Source: Octopus bimaculoides (lineage: Eukaryota). From it: DNA of 64,000 nt. Positions 1 to 13,011 of this stretch are shown one piece after another (within the stretch, counting starts at the first letter, position 1; each line of letters starts with the position of its first letter). The notes beneath the pieces are model-generated. The model saw nothing but the letters and a program-made list of their open reading frames with translations, made no database searches and had not been told where the DNA came from. Position numbers and translations under genes: made by a program. The stretch spans positions 106,657,553 to 106,721,552 of the forward strand of contig NC_068987.1 in the NCBI RefSeq assembly GCF_001194135.2. The letters run 5' to 3'.

Positions 1-50
1 ACACACAAACACACACACACACATACACACACACACACACATACACACAT

Positions 51-81
<31 letters not shown>

Positions 82-249
82 CATATACATATATACACAT
101 CTGCATATATATATATTCATATATATATATATATATATATACATAGTTATATGCATACATATATACATACACACATACATATACATACATACATATACAT
201 ACACACACACCCACCCACACACCCACACACCCACACACCCACACACACA

Positions 250-308
<59 letters not shown>
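1..308. repeat. Compound microsatellite (CA)n/(TA)n/(GA)n
   Basis: Directly visible dinucleotide runs. Confidence 0.95.
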
Positions 309-704
309 GATCCATAAAATGCGGAATCCGAATTCACATTCCGCTGTGGTTTTCAGGAATAGGCATTCTGGTAGGTCTTTACCGATGTCAAATTAAGTAG
401 CCGTAAATAATAAGTGAACCGAAACCGTTTTAAATGGTCTGGAGCATATTTCGATACTGTACACAAAGTCATAAGCACGCGCATATATGGTATGAAGCGT
501 ATATAAACTTTCAATCTTAAACTACAGAGAAAACTTGTGAAAGAAAATATGATATGCGAAATGAATATATATATGTAGGCATATGCACATCACACACGGA
601 CGCTCTCTTACACACACAAGCAAACACACGCATACGTATATATATATATGTTTGTATATATAGATGTGTGTGTGTATGTGTGTGTGTATGTGTGTGTGTA
701 TGTG

Positions 705-775
<71 letters not shown>

Positions 776-1449
776 GGTTAAATCAATCAATCGATAGATA
801 AACAGATAGCGATATAAATAAATTGTTAGATGGATAAGAATCTCTTAATAAATTGCGTTTTATTGCAAAAGAAAAAGAAAAAAAAACATACAGACATATA
901 ATAAAATCGAAGTCAAGTATTCGTATTTGACTTTATCCCAATGTCTCCAAAAATATGCTACAAAAGAATGATTTTTAATAAATGTCAGCCCAGCACAATG
1001 AAATTTCGATATACCAAAAGTTGGCAATTATAGGATATCTTGCTGTGAAAGGGAACATATATATTTTTCACAGGTCAAATAACAACAAAAACAGAACACA
1101 TTCGTTATTGTCTAACAGCATCAGCACGAGAAAAAGTAATGAATTTTTTGAAAATCCATATTTGAATTCACATGTTTCCTAGAGTATAATTCTAGGTATT
1201 TCTTCGGTTCGAAATTAGCAATCAACAGGTGCCGGGATGTATTGGGAAAATTCTATGGAATTATTGATCTATCTAACACCTTTATTTTTATGAATAACGA
1301 TTGGTTCAACATAAATGGTAAATTTTGAAATTTACTGAAAACTATTTCTATATTTGCACATATACACAAATATGCATATATAGTAACATACACAAATAGA
1401 TACAAAAGCTTACAACCATATAGTTATGTATATATATGTGTGTATGTGC

Positions 1450-1510
<61 letters not shown>

Positions 1511-1769
1511 CATATATATGTTCGTAAAATCTGCTCTAAAAGTATCGAACAATACGGGATTATTGATGAATATTATTGTTTGCGTTGTTGTATGTGTATG
1601 ATTTTGTGTGTGCGCATGCTTGTGCGCACGCGTGTGTGCGTGGGAGTGTGTTGCGAGCGTGTGTGAGTAAACGGTTAAATGTAAGGAATATACTGTCAAG
1701 AAGAATTTAAAATATGCTTTACTGATCGTCAACATACATTTTCGAAAACTGAAACCTCAATTTGCTGAT

Positions 1770-1801
1770 TCTCTGCTAGACGGAAAGAGAAAGAAGCCCG
1801 T

Positions 1802-1852
<51 letters not shown>

Positions 1853-1910
1853 NNNNNNNNNNNNNNNNNNNNNNNNNNNNNNNNNNNNNNNNNNNNNNNN
1901 NNNNNNNNNN

Positions 1911-1964
<54 letters not shown>

Positions 1965-2000
1965 TGTGTGTCTGCGTCTGTGTCTGTGTTTATTCCCCGT
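1770..2000 (+). mobile_element. SINE-A middle fragment with expanded internal (TA)n/(TG)n tract and gap
   Basis: TAGACGGAAAGAGAAAGAAGCCCGTGGTATAT matches the motif preceding the internal microsatellite in the copies at 23351 and 63246. Confidence 0.6.
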
Positions 2001-2154
2001 CTCCTTTTGCTTGTCCCACATGACCTCATGACAATTTGCCTCGCTTCTTTTCTTGAAACGACTTACGTTGTGAGAAGTATGTGAAGGACCCGTCGGACTA
2101 TCATTTTCTTCCGTATTGCACAGTGGAGGAAAGTGGTAGAAGAAAATCTGGTAC

Positions 2155-2204
<50 letters not shown>
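2155..2204. repeat. (GAT)n microsatellite
   Basis: Direct. Confidence 0.95.
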
Positions 2205-2632
2205 ACATTGGCATCTATCTTCCATTTGCTTTTGTTAATGCTGTATGAGGAGAAAGACAATTAACCATGACAGTTTTCTGGTCCTTCACCGATGCTTAGA
2301 AGGAGAGGAACTTTTATCTAAAGACCGGTGATCTGACACAAAATAATTACAACACAACAAACACCAGTAAACTCACCTGTGCTATGTATGATATCCGCTA
2401 CTGAAGAACAAAGCGGACACTGTTATCGGCCTCCACATGCTTTCTGATTATCACAGATCGAACCGTGTCCATAGTGTCTACAGACTTGCATTTTTATCAA
2501 AGTGAATGATTAATATCCTAAATTATATAGTTGCGAATCTAACCTCTTAATCACATAGAAAAGCTAAATTATGAAGTAACTGTTTCATATTTAAGAGCGT
2601 CAGTGTTTTGATGACATTAATTTAATGACACG

Positions 2633-2962
2633 TTGTTGAAACCCCCTTCGGTCATGACTGAGCATGGGATTGCACCTAGAAAGTTATCCTCCCAGGTACA
2701 AGTCTGGGCAATGTTATTTTATGGAAGACCAGCAGTCGCCCCTGCATACCGGCATCCCCTCTCCACGCCACCAGTGTTATCCAAGGGAAAGGCAAAGGGG
2801 CCGATACAGCTTGGCACAAGTGACGTCGCAACTCATTTCTACAGCTGAGTGAACTGGAACAACATGAAATGAAGTGTCTTGCTCAAGAACACAACACACC
2901 CCGTTCTAGGATTCGAACTCACATCCCCACAATTGTAAGTTCGACGCTCTAACCACTGAGGC
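2633..2962 (-). mobile_element. tRNA-derived SINE, family C (V/CORE-type central domain, tentative)
   Basis: The minus strand begins with a tRNA-like head (CCTCAGTGGTTAGAGCGTC A box, GAGTTCGAATCC B box), then TGTGTTGTGTTCTTGAGCAAGACACTT...CACTCAGCTGTAGAAATGAG and a GC-rich 3' region. Domain naming is from memory. Confidence 0.75.
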
Positions 2963-3672
2963 TAATTTTATGACATAATCATTAAGAAACTGTTAGTATT
3001 AAGTAGTTAATTTGTAAAGAGGATTTATAAAATACTTTGATTTTGCTTTTGGTTTGCAAGTGGATTTATAATAAAAGAGAATACACAAAGTTTACAGTAA
3101 ATATAGAAAAGGGCCCAATATACTGTACAGAAACGTAAACAGTACACGCTTGAACATATGATCGCGAGGAAAGAACTTGTTATGCATGATATTAATTGTT
3201 GTTTGATATTAGTTGTTGTTTGATATTAGTTGTTGTTCAGTTCTAAAAGCCCAGATTGAGCAATAATAAGCAGAGGCATTCTGGACATGGATATCTTCTC
3301 TTCTTATTTCCAAGCTTAGTCTACCATGGGGAACATTATCCAGGGTATGCCTATTTAAAATGGTAGATTAATTTCTAATGCAGATTTGACTTCTGGAAGT
3401 TCAGGCAACCACATGAAATTTCCTGTGTCAAGCAATTACCCTCATTCCCCTTAACTCATAACACATCGCTCATAAAAGTATACAAACACACCTTAGATTA
3501 TGTAGCCATGCACATAGACTACAAATGTGACGGTCATAGCGGGAACAGCTTTTGTTTTATGTTACCTAGAGCAGTGTTGCACATGAGATAATCAATAATT
3601 CACACATGCACGTATGTGTGTATTATTGTAGAATTGTGCAAATATATATAAATGTATATATGTTTGTGTGTC

Positions 3673-3703
<31 letters not shown>

Positions 3704-5135
3704 NNNNNNNNNNNNNNNNNNNNNNNNNNNNNNNNNNNNNNNNNNNNNNNNNNNNNNNNNNNNNNNNNNNNNNNNNNNNNNNNNNNNNNNNNNNNNNNNN
3801 NNNNNNNNNNNNNNNNNNNNNNNNNNNNNNNNNNNNNNNNNNNNNNNNNNNNNNNNNNNNNNNNNNNNNNNNNNNNNNNNNNNNNNNNNNNNNNNNNNNN
3901 NNNNNNNNNNNNNNNNNNNNNNNNNNNNNNNNNNNNNNNNNNNNNNNNNNNNNNNNNNNNNNNNNNNNNNNNNNNNNNNNNNNNNNNNNNNNNNNNNNNN
4001 NNNNNNNNNNNNNNNNNNNNNNNNNNNNNNNNNNNNNNNNNNNNNNNNNNNNNNNNNNNNNNNNNNNNNNNNNNNNNNNNNNNNNNNNNNNNNNNNNNNN
4101 NNNNNNNNNNNNNNNNNNNNNNNNNNNNNNNNNNNNNNNNNNNNNNNNNNNNNNNNNNNNNNNNNNNNNNNNNNNNNNNNNNNNNNNNNNNNNNNNNNNN
4201 NNNNNNNNNNNNNNNNNNNNNNNNNNNNNNNNNNNNNNNNNNNNNNNNNNNNNNNNNNNNNNNNNNNNNNNNNNNNNNNNNNNNNNNNNNNNNNNNNNNN
4301 NNNNNNNNNNNNNNNNNNNNNNNNNNNNNNNNNNNNNNNNNNNNNNNNNNNNNNNNNNNNNNNNNNNNNNNNNNNNNNNNNNNNNNNNNNNNNNNNNNNN
4401 NNNNNNNNNNNNATACTACATATATACGTATGTATATGTATGTATATATGTACGTATGTGTATTCATGCCTAGTTACCCCATCTCTTGCTTCCTCTCTCT
4501 GTCTTTCTCTCTGCCTCTATCTTTGTCTTCTCTTTTGTTCCCCCCCCACATCTACCGCCCACCCGTCCATCTATGTTTTTCTGTATCTTTTATATATTTT
4601 TCCATCACAATAACACCACAGCCTGCTCTACCATTACTATTGACACACACCGTCCACTAACGACATCAAAGTACCTATTATTCTTGAAACGAACCCAATA
4701 AACAAAAAACACACAAACAAACATAAAAAAAAATCTAAACATACGTACGTCCAGCCATGACAGACATTAACACGCACACATACAAACACAAACATACACA
4801 TACACGCTCACACACACACACACACACGCATACACATGCAACCTTCGTACCTTAGACATTTGTATATTGATTGGTCTTGCCCCACACATCACAGTTCTTT
4901 TGTTGTTGATCTTATTGTTGCTGTTATTGTTAATATTATTAATATTATTGTTGTGGTTCTTCTTCTTATTGTTATTATTATTGTTCGCCGGGCTTGCGTC
5001 CGTCGTTATTAATCACACATCAGTCATCGGTGACGACCATGAATCTATTGTCTAAATTATTCTTCAATAATTCTACAATTCACAACCGAGTCTGAGGTCC
5101 CTACAGCAACAAGAATAATAACGCCACCCTTCACC

Positions 5136-5167
<32 letters not shown>

Positions 5168-5484
5168 CACAAACACACAACTCTAGAAATGGGATTTTGT
5201 AACTCTTTCGTTTGTTATATTGTTTTCCTTTCTATTTGTATTTTTTTTTGCCTGTTTATTTTTTGAAACAATTTGTCCTCAATTCTTTGTTGTTTCTCTC
5301 ACCGTTTCGACGCGTCCGTTGATTGGTTACTTCGCATGAGATGACGAGGCTTTCATTGAATTAATATTCTTGATGTCAATGTTATATCTCCTGTTGGAGT
5401 TTTTGTTTTGGTTGTTCTATACATTGTATTGTTTTTTTTTTTTGAACCGTTTTGGTTTTTGCGTTTCACCGCCAAACCACAAAG

Positions 5485-5763
5485 TAAACAAAATCATCAA
5501 CATCATCTTTATCCTCCTTATCCTCATTGTCGTCGTCGTCGTCTCTACCATTATGACCGTCGGCACCACAATCACAACCACCAACGACGACGACGACCAC
5601 CACCACTTCCACCACCACTACCACCACATCCACCACCACCACTACCACTATCATCATCATCATCATCATTACTACCACCACCACAAGCAACTCTACCACC
5701 GTCACCACCAGCAGCACCCAAAATACTGTCACAACCTTCATTATCACCAATTTCATCATCTCT

Positions 5764-5823
<60 letters not shown>

Positions 5824-5930
5824 TTCATAATATTATCATTATCCTCATTGCCATCATCATGATCACCAGCATCGTCATCTTCATCCCCTCCTCCTCTTCC
5901 TCGTCATCATCATCATCGGCATCATCACCC
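5485..5930. repeat. Degenerate (CAT)n/(CAC)n/(GTC)n trinucleotide tract
   Basis: Direct; it accounts for the poly-His/Pro/Ser ORFs in the track. Confidence 0.9.
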
Positions 5931-6248
5931 TCACTGGCGGTGACGCGTGCCCATGGTCAACTTCATTATAAATATCATCATTAACATTGTCCTCATTAAT
6001 ATATGCATTTAGGGTTATCAGCGTGAACATATTTGTTGTTACCATGACCTTATGATGATGTAGGTTTTCATTGTTTCCTTAAAAGCCTGTTCTCGCTAAG
6101 CAGACGTGCATCCGGGCATATATGCTTTCTTTTCTTTCGAGCGTGTATTTACGAACTCATTGTAGAAAACAATATGGTAGACTATGATTAGCAGAATATT
6201 TAACTGCTTTTTCAATTATCTGTTGTTGCAGATGTGCATAATTTAGCG

Positions 6249-6412
6249 GGCGCAGGAGTGGCTGTGGGTAAGTAGCTTACTTACCGACCACATGGTTCCG
6301 GGTTCATTCCCACAGCGTGCCACCTCGGGCAAGTGTCTTCTACTATAGCATCGGGCCGATCAATGCCTTGTGAGAGAATTTGATAGACGGAAACTGAAGG
6401 GAGTCAGTCGTA
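6249..6412 (+). mobile_element. SINE-A 5' half (tRNA-like head plus core)
   Basis: GGCGCAGGAGTGGCTGTGGGTAAGTAGCTTACTTACC...GGGTTCATTCCC...GGGCAAGTGTCTTCTACTATAGC is colinear with 23351-23755 and 63246-63652. Confidence 0.9.
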
Positions 6413-6467
6413 AAGACAGACGAAATATTGCTAAGCATTTCGCCCGGCCTGCTAACCACTAGCCGCC
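6410..6467 (-). mobile_element. SINE-B head fragment fused tail-to-tail to SINE-A
   Basis: The minus strand reads GGCGGCTAGTGGTTAGCAGGCCGGGCGAAATGCTTAGCAATATTTCGTCTGTCTTTACG, matching the head of the copy at 19720. Confidence 0.8.
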
Positions 6468-6474
6468 TTTGTGT

Positions 6475-6643
6475 TTTCTTTTCTACTCTAGGAACAAGGC
6501 CCGAAATTATTGAGGAGATGGTCAGTCGGTTAGATTGACCCCAGTACGCAATTGGTGCTTAACTCATCGACCCCGAAAGGATGAAAGGCAAAGTTGACCA
6601 CGGAGGAATTTGAACTCAGAACGTAAAGACAGACGAAATACCG
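6475..6643 (-). mobile_element. SINE-B 3' portion (host of the LINE insertion)
   Basis: The minus strand starts CGGTATTTCGTCTGTCTTTACGTTCTGAGTTCAAATTCC (B box) and continues through the family body and tail. Confidence 0.9.
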
Positions 6644-8439
6644 ATTTCTTTATTAGCCATAAAGGGCTATACAAATAATTTTTAAGACATCACGAAACAT
6701 AAAGACAGTACAAAACGCAAACATAAAATCGAGGTAATTAAAATAAAATTATAATATGCAAGAATGAAAAAAAATGAGGCGCAATGTCCACTCGATCCCC
6801 GAAGTCGGGTGGTTACATTTATCCAGTTTTTCACTTTTACGTTCAACGTCATGTATACATTTTAACGGTTTTGCAACTCAAAAAATTGAAACACTCGCGT
6901 TATTTNNNNNNNNNNNNNNNNNNNNNNNNNNNNNNNNNNNNNNNNNNNNNNNNNNNNNNNNNNNNNNNNNNNNNNNNNNNNNNNNNNNNNNNNNNNNNNN
7001 NNNNNNNNNNNNNNNNNNNNNNNNNNNNNNNNNNNNNNNNNNNNNNNNNNNNNNNNNNNNNNNNNNNNNNNNNNNNNNNNNNNNNNNNNNNNNNNNNNNN
7101 NNNNNNNNNNNNNNNNNNNNNNNNNNNNNNNNNNNNNNNNNNNNNNNNNNNNNNNNNNNNNNNNNNNNNNNNNNNNNNNNNNNNNNNNNNNNNNNNNNNN
7201 NNNNNNNNNNNNNNNNNNNNNNNNNNNNNNNNNNNNNNNNNNNNNNNNNNNNNNAACCTCTCCACTTTTTTCTCCATCTCCTCGCAATTCTCGTACTTTA
7301 TCAAAGCCCCCTTATATTTCACATCTTTATCCGTTCTCTCCTCCTCTTCTTGTACATTATTAGTTTCTGGTTTTTCTATCTCTTTTTTTGTTTTGTTTTC
7401 TGTTGACCGTTCCTTTGACTTATTTTTCCTTCGCTTTTTAGGATTAGTAGCTCCATTTTCGTTCGTCTCCTTTGTTTTCTCTGTTTCACACTTCTCTCTC
7501 TCTTTCATTTCCTAAGTGTGGTCTACAATGTTTTCCTCCTCTGCTTGTGCTTTCTCTTGCTGTGGCTGTGTGAACTCATATAGGGGGCATTTGGTCTTCA
7601 TATGACCTCTTTCCCCGCATATGTAGCAATTTGGTTTCCTTCCCTCGACTACAACATTTAACGTTCTCTCATCCTCCACTTCTATCTGGTAGGGAATTCT
7701 TTCTATGTCCTCGAATGTGGCAAAAAGCCACATTTCGAGTCCAAATCCCCACCATTTGCGCACTTTTGATTTCGCCACTGGTCTCAATTCCGGCTGCTCC
7801 TTGGCTGCATCCAGCACTGTTGCAACCAACCACTCTGGTTTAATTTCTGGTGTAACTCTAGGAATACGTATTTTCACACGACTTCTTCCTCTATAACTTG
7901 GTAGCAATGCTATTTTTGCACTTCTTAAAATGTTGGTCGAATGCTTGGTTGCCTCTTCTATATTTTCGAACCTCAACTCTACCGTACCGAACTTTCTTCC
8001 TCTGTTGATGTACGTGGCTTCATTCACAATTTCACCCAGGCACTCCTCGATTTCCTCTTCGGTCACCATTTCAATTTTACAGGTTTCGACAGCCTGTGTA
8101 CGATACACAACTGTCCTCAGAATTTTGTTTTCTTTAATCACTTTTGGGGGGCAGAATTTGTATGACTCTCCATCAACTTTTATCAAATTCCTACTTCTGG
8201 TCACCTCCTCCATATCCAACTTGATTAACTTGGTTTCTAGCGGCACTGGCCTCCTCACCGCAGTGGCCTTGGCGAAGCACTCCATACTGGAGACACTACC
8301 ACTTGCCATAGCTGGGGGAAAATGCAGCAGCTCGCGTGAAACGTAACCGTAATAATTCCACAAAAATCACAATTATTCACTGAGACAGTTTTTCACAAAG
8401 TAACACAGCCGTATTCACAATAATTCACAGAGCCGTTAC
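6644..8439 (-). mobile_element. L1/Tx1-type non-LTR retrotransposon inserted in a SINE-B (349-N gap inside)
   Basis: About 130 nt of 5' UTR, a gag-like ORF1, an N gap, and a T-rich 3' UTR ending TAGCCCTTTATGGCTAATAAAGAAAT. Flanked by ACCG at 6640-6643 and 8440-8443 (CGGT on the element strand). Clade is inferred from ORF1 only. Confidence 0.8.
7255..8309 (-). CDS. Gag-like ORF1 with a CCHC zinc knuckle; one in-frame TAG at 7512-7514, then a K/E-rich continuation into the gap
   Basis: Likely start MASGSVSS at 8309. Motif VVVEGRKPNCYICGERGHMKTKCP fits CX2CX4HX4C. Track ORF 6900..7508 is in the same frame, one codon after the stop. Confidence 0.8.
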
Positions 8440-8492
8440 ACCGCTAAGCATTCCGCCCGGCGTGCTAACATTTCTGCCAGCTCACCGCCTTA
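8440..8492 (-). mobile_element. SINE-B 5' head (host of the LINE insertion)
   Basis: The minus strand reads TAAGGCGGTGAGCTGGCAGAAATGTTAGCACGCCGGGCGGAATGCTTAGCGGT; joined to 6643 with one CGGT removed it restores a SINE-B. Confidence 0.9.
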
Positions 8493-8589
8493 ACATTACA
8501 CACGATATTAGCATCTCTACCCGTTAACAGATTACCAGGCGTTTCTTGGATATTCGTAGACATACTTTGAATTTACAGCTATAATCCAT

Positions 8590-8730
8590 GCGACAGGTTT
8601 CCTCACCATTTCTGCCTACTTAATTTAATTCATTCTAACTCAAGCCAATTTGTAGAATGTACTTTTCGACGGTGCCATGCCTAAGGAGAAAATCCAAAAC
8701 ATTTTGATTGAGAAGCGAATTCCCACAATG
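8590..8730 (-). mobile_element. Highly decayed SINE-A 5' half
   Basis: Weak colinear similarity to the SINE-A head and core (TGTGGGAATTCGCTTCTCAATC...GCATGGCACC...GGTGAGGAAAC). Confidence 0.4.
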
Positions 8731-9176
8731 TATATATATGTATATATATATGTATATATATGTATTCGGATAACGCTGACCGCTAATCCGACTCACCATA
8801 ACTCCCAACACATTCATCTTTCTCAGCGTCTTCGTCATCCTCATAGTCGTCGTCATCAACATTATATTCATCATGATCATGAAAGTAATCATCATCGTTA
8901 GCGACTCCGTCACCACCACAACCACCACCACTAATATCTTCATCAGCAAAACCAGCCGCAGCAGCCTCATCGTCGGCCTCATCAGTATCATCATCATTGC
9001 AGTCACGGTCGTCGACATTTTTACTAAAATATCAAATGTATTAAACCCACCAGACCGCAATGATCGCCAGTTAGAAAAAAAAGAAGAAAATAATAAACTA
9101 TAATGAATATAATAAATATAACTAAAAGAATGAACAAATAAAGTGTTTGTTTTTATTGCTACGGTTGTTGTTGCTT

Positions 9177-9177
9177 C

Positions 9178-9241
<64 letters not shown>

Positions 9242-9248
9242 GTTATTA

Positions 9249-9327
<79 letters not shown>

Positions 9328-9330
9328 TGC
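9177..9330. repeat. (ATT)n microsatellite
   Basis: Direct. Confidence 0.95.
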
Positions 9331-10503
9331 TACTACTACGACCGCTGTGGCTGTTTGATTAGTCTGTGGTGGGTCGCTACATGCACTGCAGTACAGTTGC
9401 AGTTGAATAATGAAGCGTGAAGCTGTGACTCCCTCACATCTGATCTGTGAAACTGAAACAGTTCAAAATGAGGAAAGAAGAAAGAAGGAAATACAAAAAA
9501 TATATAATAAATAATATAAAAAGAAGGAAAAAAAGAGAGGGAGAGAAAGAGATAGAGAATGAGTGATGCAGGGAAAGTGAGACAGAAAAAGAACATTAAA
9601 ATGTCAAAAGTCAAAAATAACGAACAGAATTTTAATTACGTCCTGCTGGCTTTCATTATTTAATTAATCATCTATTCGGGCACCCTCCTTCTATCATTTT
9701 CTGGAACTATCATTATTTTTTCTTTTTTTTTTTGGCCAAAACTAATAAAAATATAGGACGAAGAAAAAATTAACCGGAGGAGATAAAATTTGTAATGAGA
9801 TAACTTCGCTATGTGCCGTATGAAGTGAATCTTTGGAGAAAAAACAGAAATATTTAGGGAGGCTGTAAATGAAGATGAGTATATTCTTAAAAGAGTGTGA
9901 AACATAGTAAACTCCGGTAAGATCATGGTCACAGCTAGTTTATATATTTCAGAATGGGCCTGTATACGATAAAAAAAAATACAGTTGATTAGGGAGAAAT
10001 CAATTAAAATGCTGTAGAGTAATTATATTATATTAAATAGATATTATAAAATAATTTTTTGTTCAGCGTAATAGGAATGTCCTTTCGATTAAATGAAGGG
10101 TATCTGAGTAGACGGAAAATGAAGATGGCCCTGCATGATGGAAAATATATTTTGAAAAAGAAATGTTCGTGTAAAATGGCATTAAGGCGCGTTCTGGACA
10201 TATTTTGAAGTATTGAAGCGTGAAGGTGCGCACTAATCATAAACTGAATTTCGCAAAGCAAAATATTTTAAAATGTATGTCGTAAGAAATGGTATATCGT
10301 GTATACATCAGATACCCACGTTAGAATTCAAAGCTTATTTCAGAAAGTCCCTTCAGGACACAACAGTGCGAAGTGTTTTAAGGCTTGCATTGAGAATCTA
10401 ATGTATTTAATTATGAGGGTTCAAACCCGACGCTTTCTGTGCATTCAAGGAATGTTGCAAGATCGTGAATTTTGTAGCCATTCGTATACTAAATTACACA
10501 AGC

Positions 10504-10544
<41 letters not shown>

Positions 10545-11309
10545 CACACACACATATACATATATGTGTGTTGTGTGTGTGTGTTTGCGAGTACATGTAT
10601 GCATATTTATGTGTATGAAATATACATAAATGTATATTTTATAAATATGTTATTTGATTGGGATACGAAGTGACATAACCAAAACTATAAATATTAATTA
10701 TGAATTATATATACAAAAAGCAAATGGTAATCAACCTTTTAACCCCCCAAAAAACATGCAAAATTTATGCACGGAATTCAGTGCATACTTCGGTAAATCG
10801 CAAATACGTTAGACCGCCATAATTTCCGCTATCTTTCACCTTCAAAGGCTTAGATTATTTAACCAACGTACCTTGTAGTTTAGCTCGAGATCTCATTGAA
10901 CATAATATCATGAATAATGAATCCTTCCTCACTTCACTCAGTGTCATTACAGAGTGTATCCGTCTCTATAATACGTGACACACATGTGTCCATGCATGTC
11001 TGTGTGTGTGTGTGTATGTGTTTGTATCTGATCATTGAGGTAATTTTTAGACATGTTGCATAAATTAATAAATGGTTCTAACATAGTAATGAGGAGAGTA
11101 GTCGAGCAGAGCGACTAGTAATAAACTTTGAACTGAACCCGAGGCAATGGCTAGAGGATTTGACATTAGCGCGTTTCGAACTGAGAAAGAAAACAGCTTG
11201 CACAAATACCGGAATATGTTAGGCTTGCTTATGATCTTGTCAATTCGTTGCCTCTGTTTATATATATATATGTGTGTGTGTGTGTATATATATATCTAAA
11301 TATATATCT

Positions 11310-11342
<33 letters not shown>

Positions 11343-12149
11343 AATATGTATATATGTATATGTATATATNNNNNNNNNNNNNNNNNNNNNNNNNNNNNNN
11401 NNNNNNNNNNNNNNNNNNNNNNNNNNNNNNNNNNNNNNNNNNNNNNNNNNNNNNNNNNNNNNNNNNNNNNNNNNNNNNNNNNNNNNNNNNNNNNNNNNNN
11501 NNNNNNNNNNNNNNNNNNNNNNNNNNNNNNNNNNNNNNNNNNNNNNNNNNNNNNNNNNNNNNNNNNNNNNNNNNNNNNNNNNNNNNNNNNNNNNNNNNNN
11601 NNNNNNNNNNNNNNNNNNNNNNNNNNNNNNNNNNNNNNNNNNNNNNNNNNNNNNNNNNNNNNNNNNNNNNNNNNNNNNNNNNNNNNNNNNNNNNNNNNNN
11701 NNNNNNNNNNNNNNNNNNNNNNNNNNNNNNNNNNNNNNNNNNNNNNNNNNNNNNNNNNNNNNNNNNNNNNNNNNNNNNNNNNNNNNNNNNNNNNNNNNNN
11801 NNNNNNNNNNNNNNNNNNNNNNNNNNNNNNNNNNNNNNNNNNNNNNNNNNNNNNNNNNNNNNNNNNNNNNNNNNNNNNNNNNNNNNNNNNNNNNNNNNNN
11901 NNNNNNNNNNNNNNNNNNNNNNNNNNNNNNNNNNNNNNNNNNNNNNNNNNNNNNNNNNNNNNNNNNNNNNNNNNNNNNNNNNNNNNNNNNNNNNNNNNNN
12001 NNNNNNNNNNNNNNNNNNNNNNNNNNNNNNNNNNNNNNNNNNNNNNNNNNNNNNNNNNNNNNNNNNNNNNNNNNNNNNNNNNNNNNNNNNNNNNNNNNNN
12101 NNNNNNGTATATACACATATGTATATATACATATACATATATACATATT

Positions 12150-12182
<33 letters not shown>

Positions 12183-12309
12183 AGATATATATTTAGATAT
12201 ATATATACACACACACACATACACACACACACACACACATAGATATATATATATATACACATGCATACACAAATATATAACTATGTGCGTCTGTGTGTGT
12301 ATGTATATA

Positions 12310-12507
12310 TACGAGAAGGTCTATGAAAAGGTACAAGAATGTGGTACAAGATATCTGATGAAGGTAAACGTCTTCAAGGCTCAAATGTTTTCATACACCC
12401 CTCGTATATATACGAGAAGGTCTATGAAAAGGTACAAAAATATGGTACAAGATATCTGATGAAGGTAAACGTCTTCAAGGCTCAAATGTTTTCATACACC
12501 CCTCGTA
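12310..12507. mobile_element. Tandem dimer of a 93-bp mariner-like MITE
   Basis: Units 12312-12404 and 12413-12505 each have imperfect TIRs CGAGAAGGTCTATGAAAA / TTTTCATACACCCCTCG, are flanked by TA and are separated by TATATATA. Confidence 0.7.
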
Positions 12508-12540
12508 AGTCCAAATAAACATACACATATACACGTATAT

Positions 12541-12830
12541 GGAGGCGCAGACGTGGTTGTGTGGTAAGAAGCAAGCTTCCCAACTCTGTGGCTCCGGGTT
12601 CAGTTCAACCACGAAGCACCTTGAGCAAGTGTCTTGTATTATAGCCACGGGGTTACCAAAGACTTATGAATGAATTTGGTAGACGGAAACTGAAAGAAGC
12701 TATCGTATGTGTGTGTGTGTGTGTGTATTTGTCGCTCGCCGCCGGTTGACAACCGATGTTGTATATTTATGTTCCTGTAGCTCGGTAAAGAAACCGATAG
12801 GATAAGTACTAGCCTCAAAAAAGGAGTTCC
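12541..12830 (+). mobile_element. SINE-A, diverged, with internal (TG)n
   Basis: Head, core, (TG)n and 3' domain (TTGACAACCGATG...GATAAGTACTAG) occur in family order. Confidence 0.85.
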
Positions 12831-12922
12831 ATGCTCGATTTCTTCGACGAAAAATCATTGTAAGTCTACTACACCTTATAGCAGAAACATAAGATAATAA
12901 TTTCTTACTCTGTCCTCTCTCC

Positions 12923-13011
<89 letters not shown>

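Noticed and set aside
5370-5984. His-, Pro- and Ser-rich ORFs, and similar poly-Ile/Leu ORFs at 9143 and 39023
   Set aside because: These are translations of trinucleotide microsatellites that are open on both strands.
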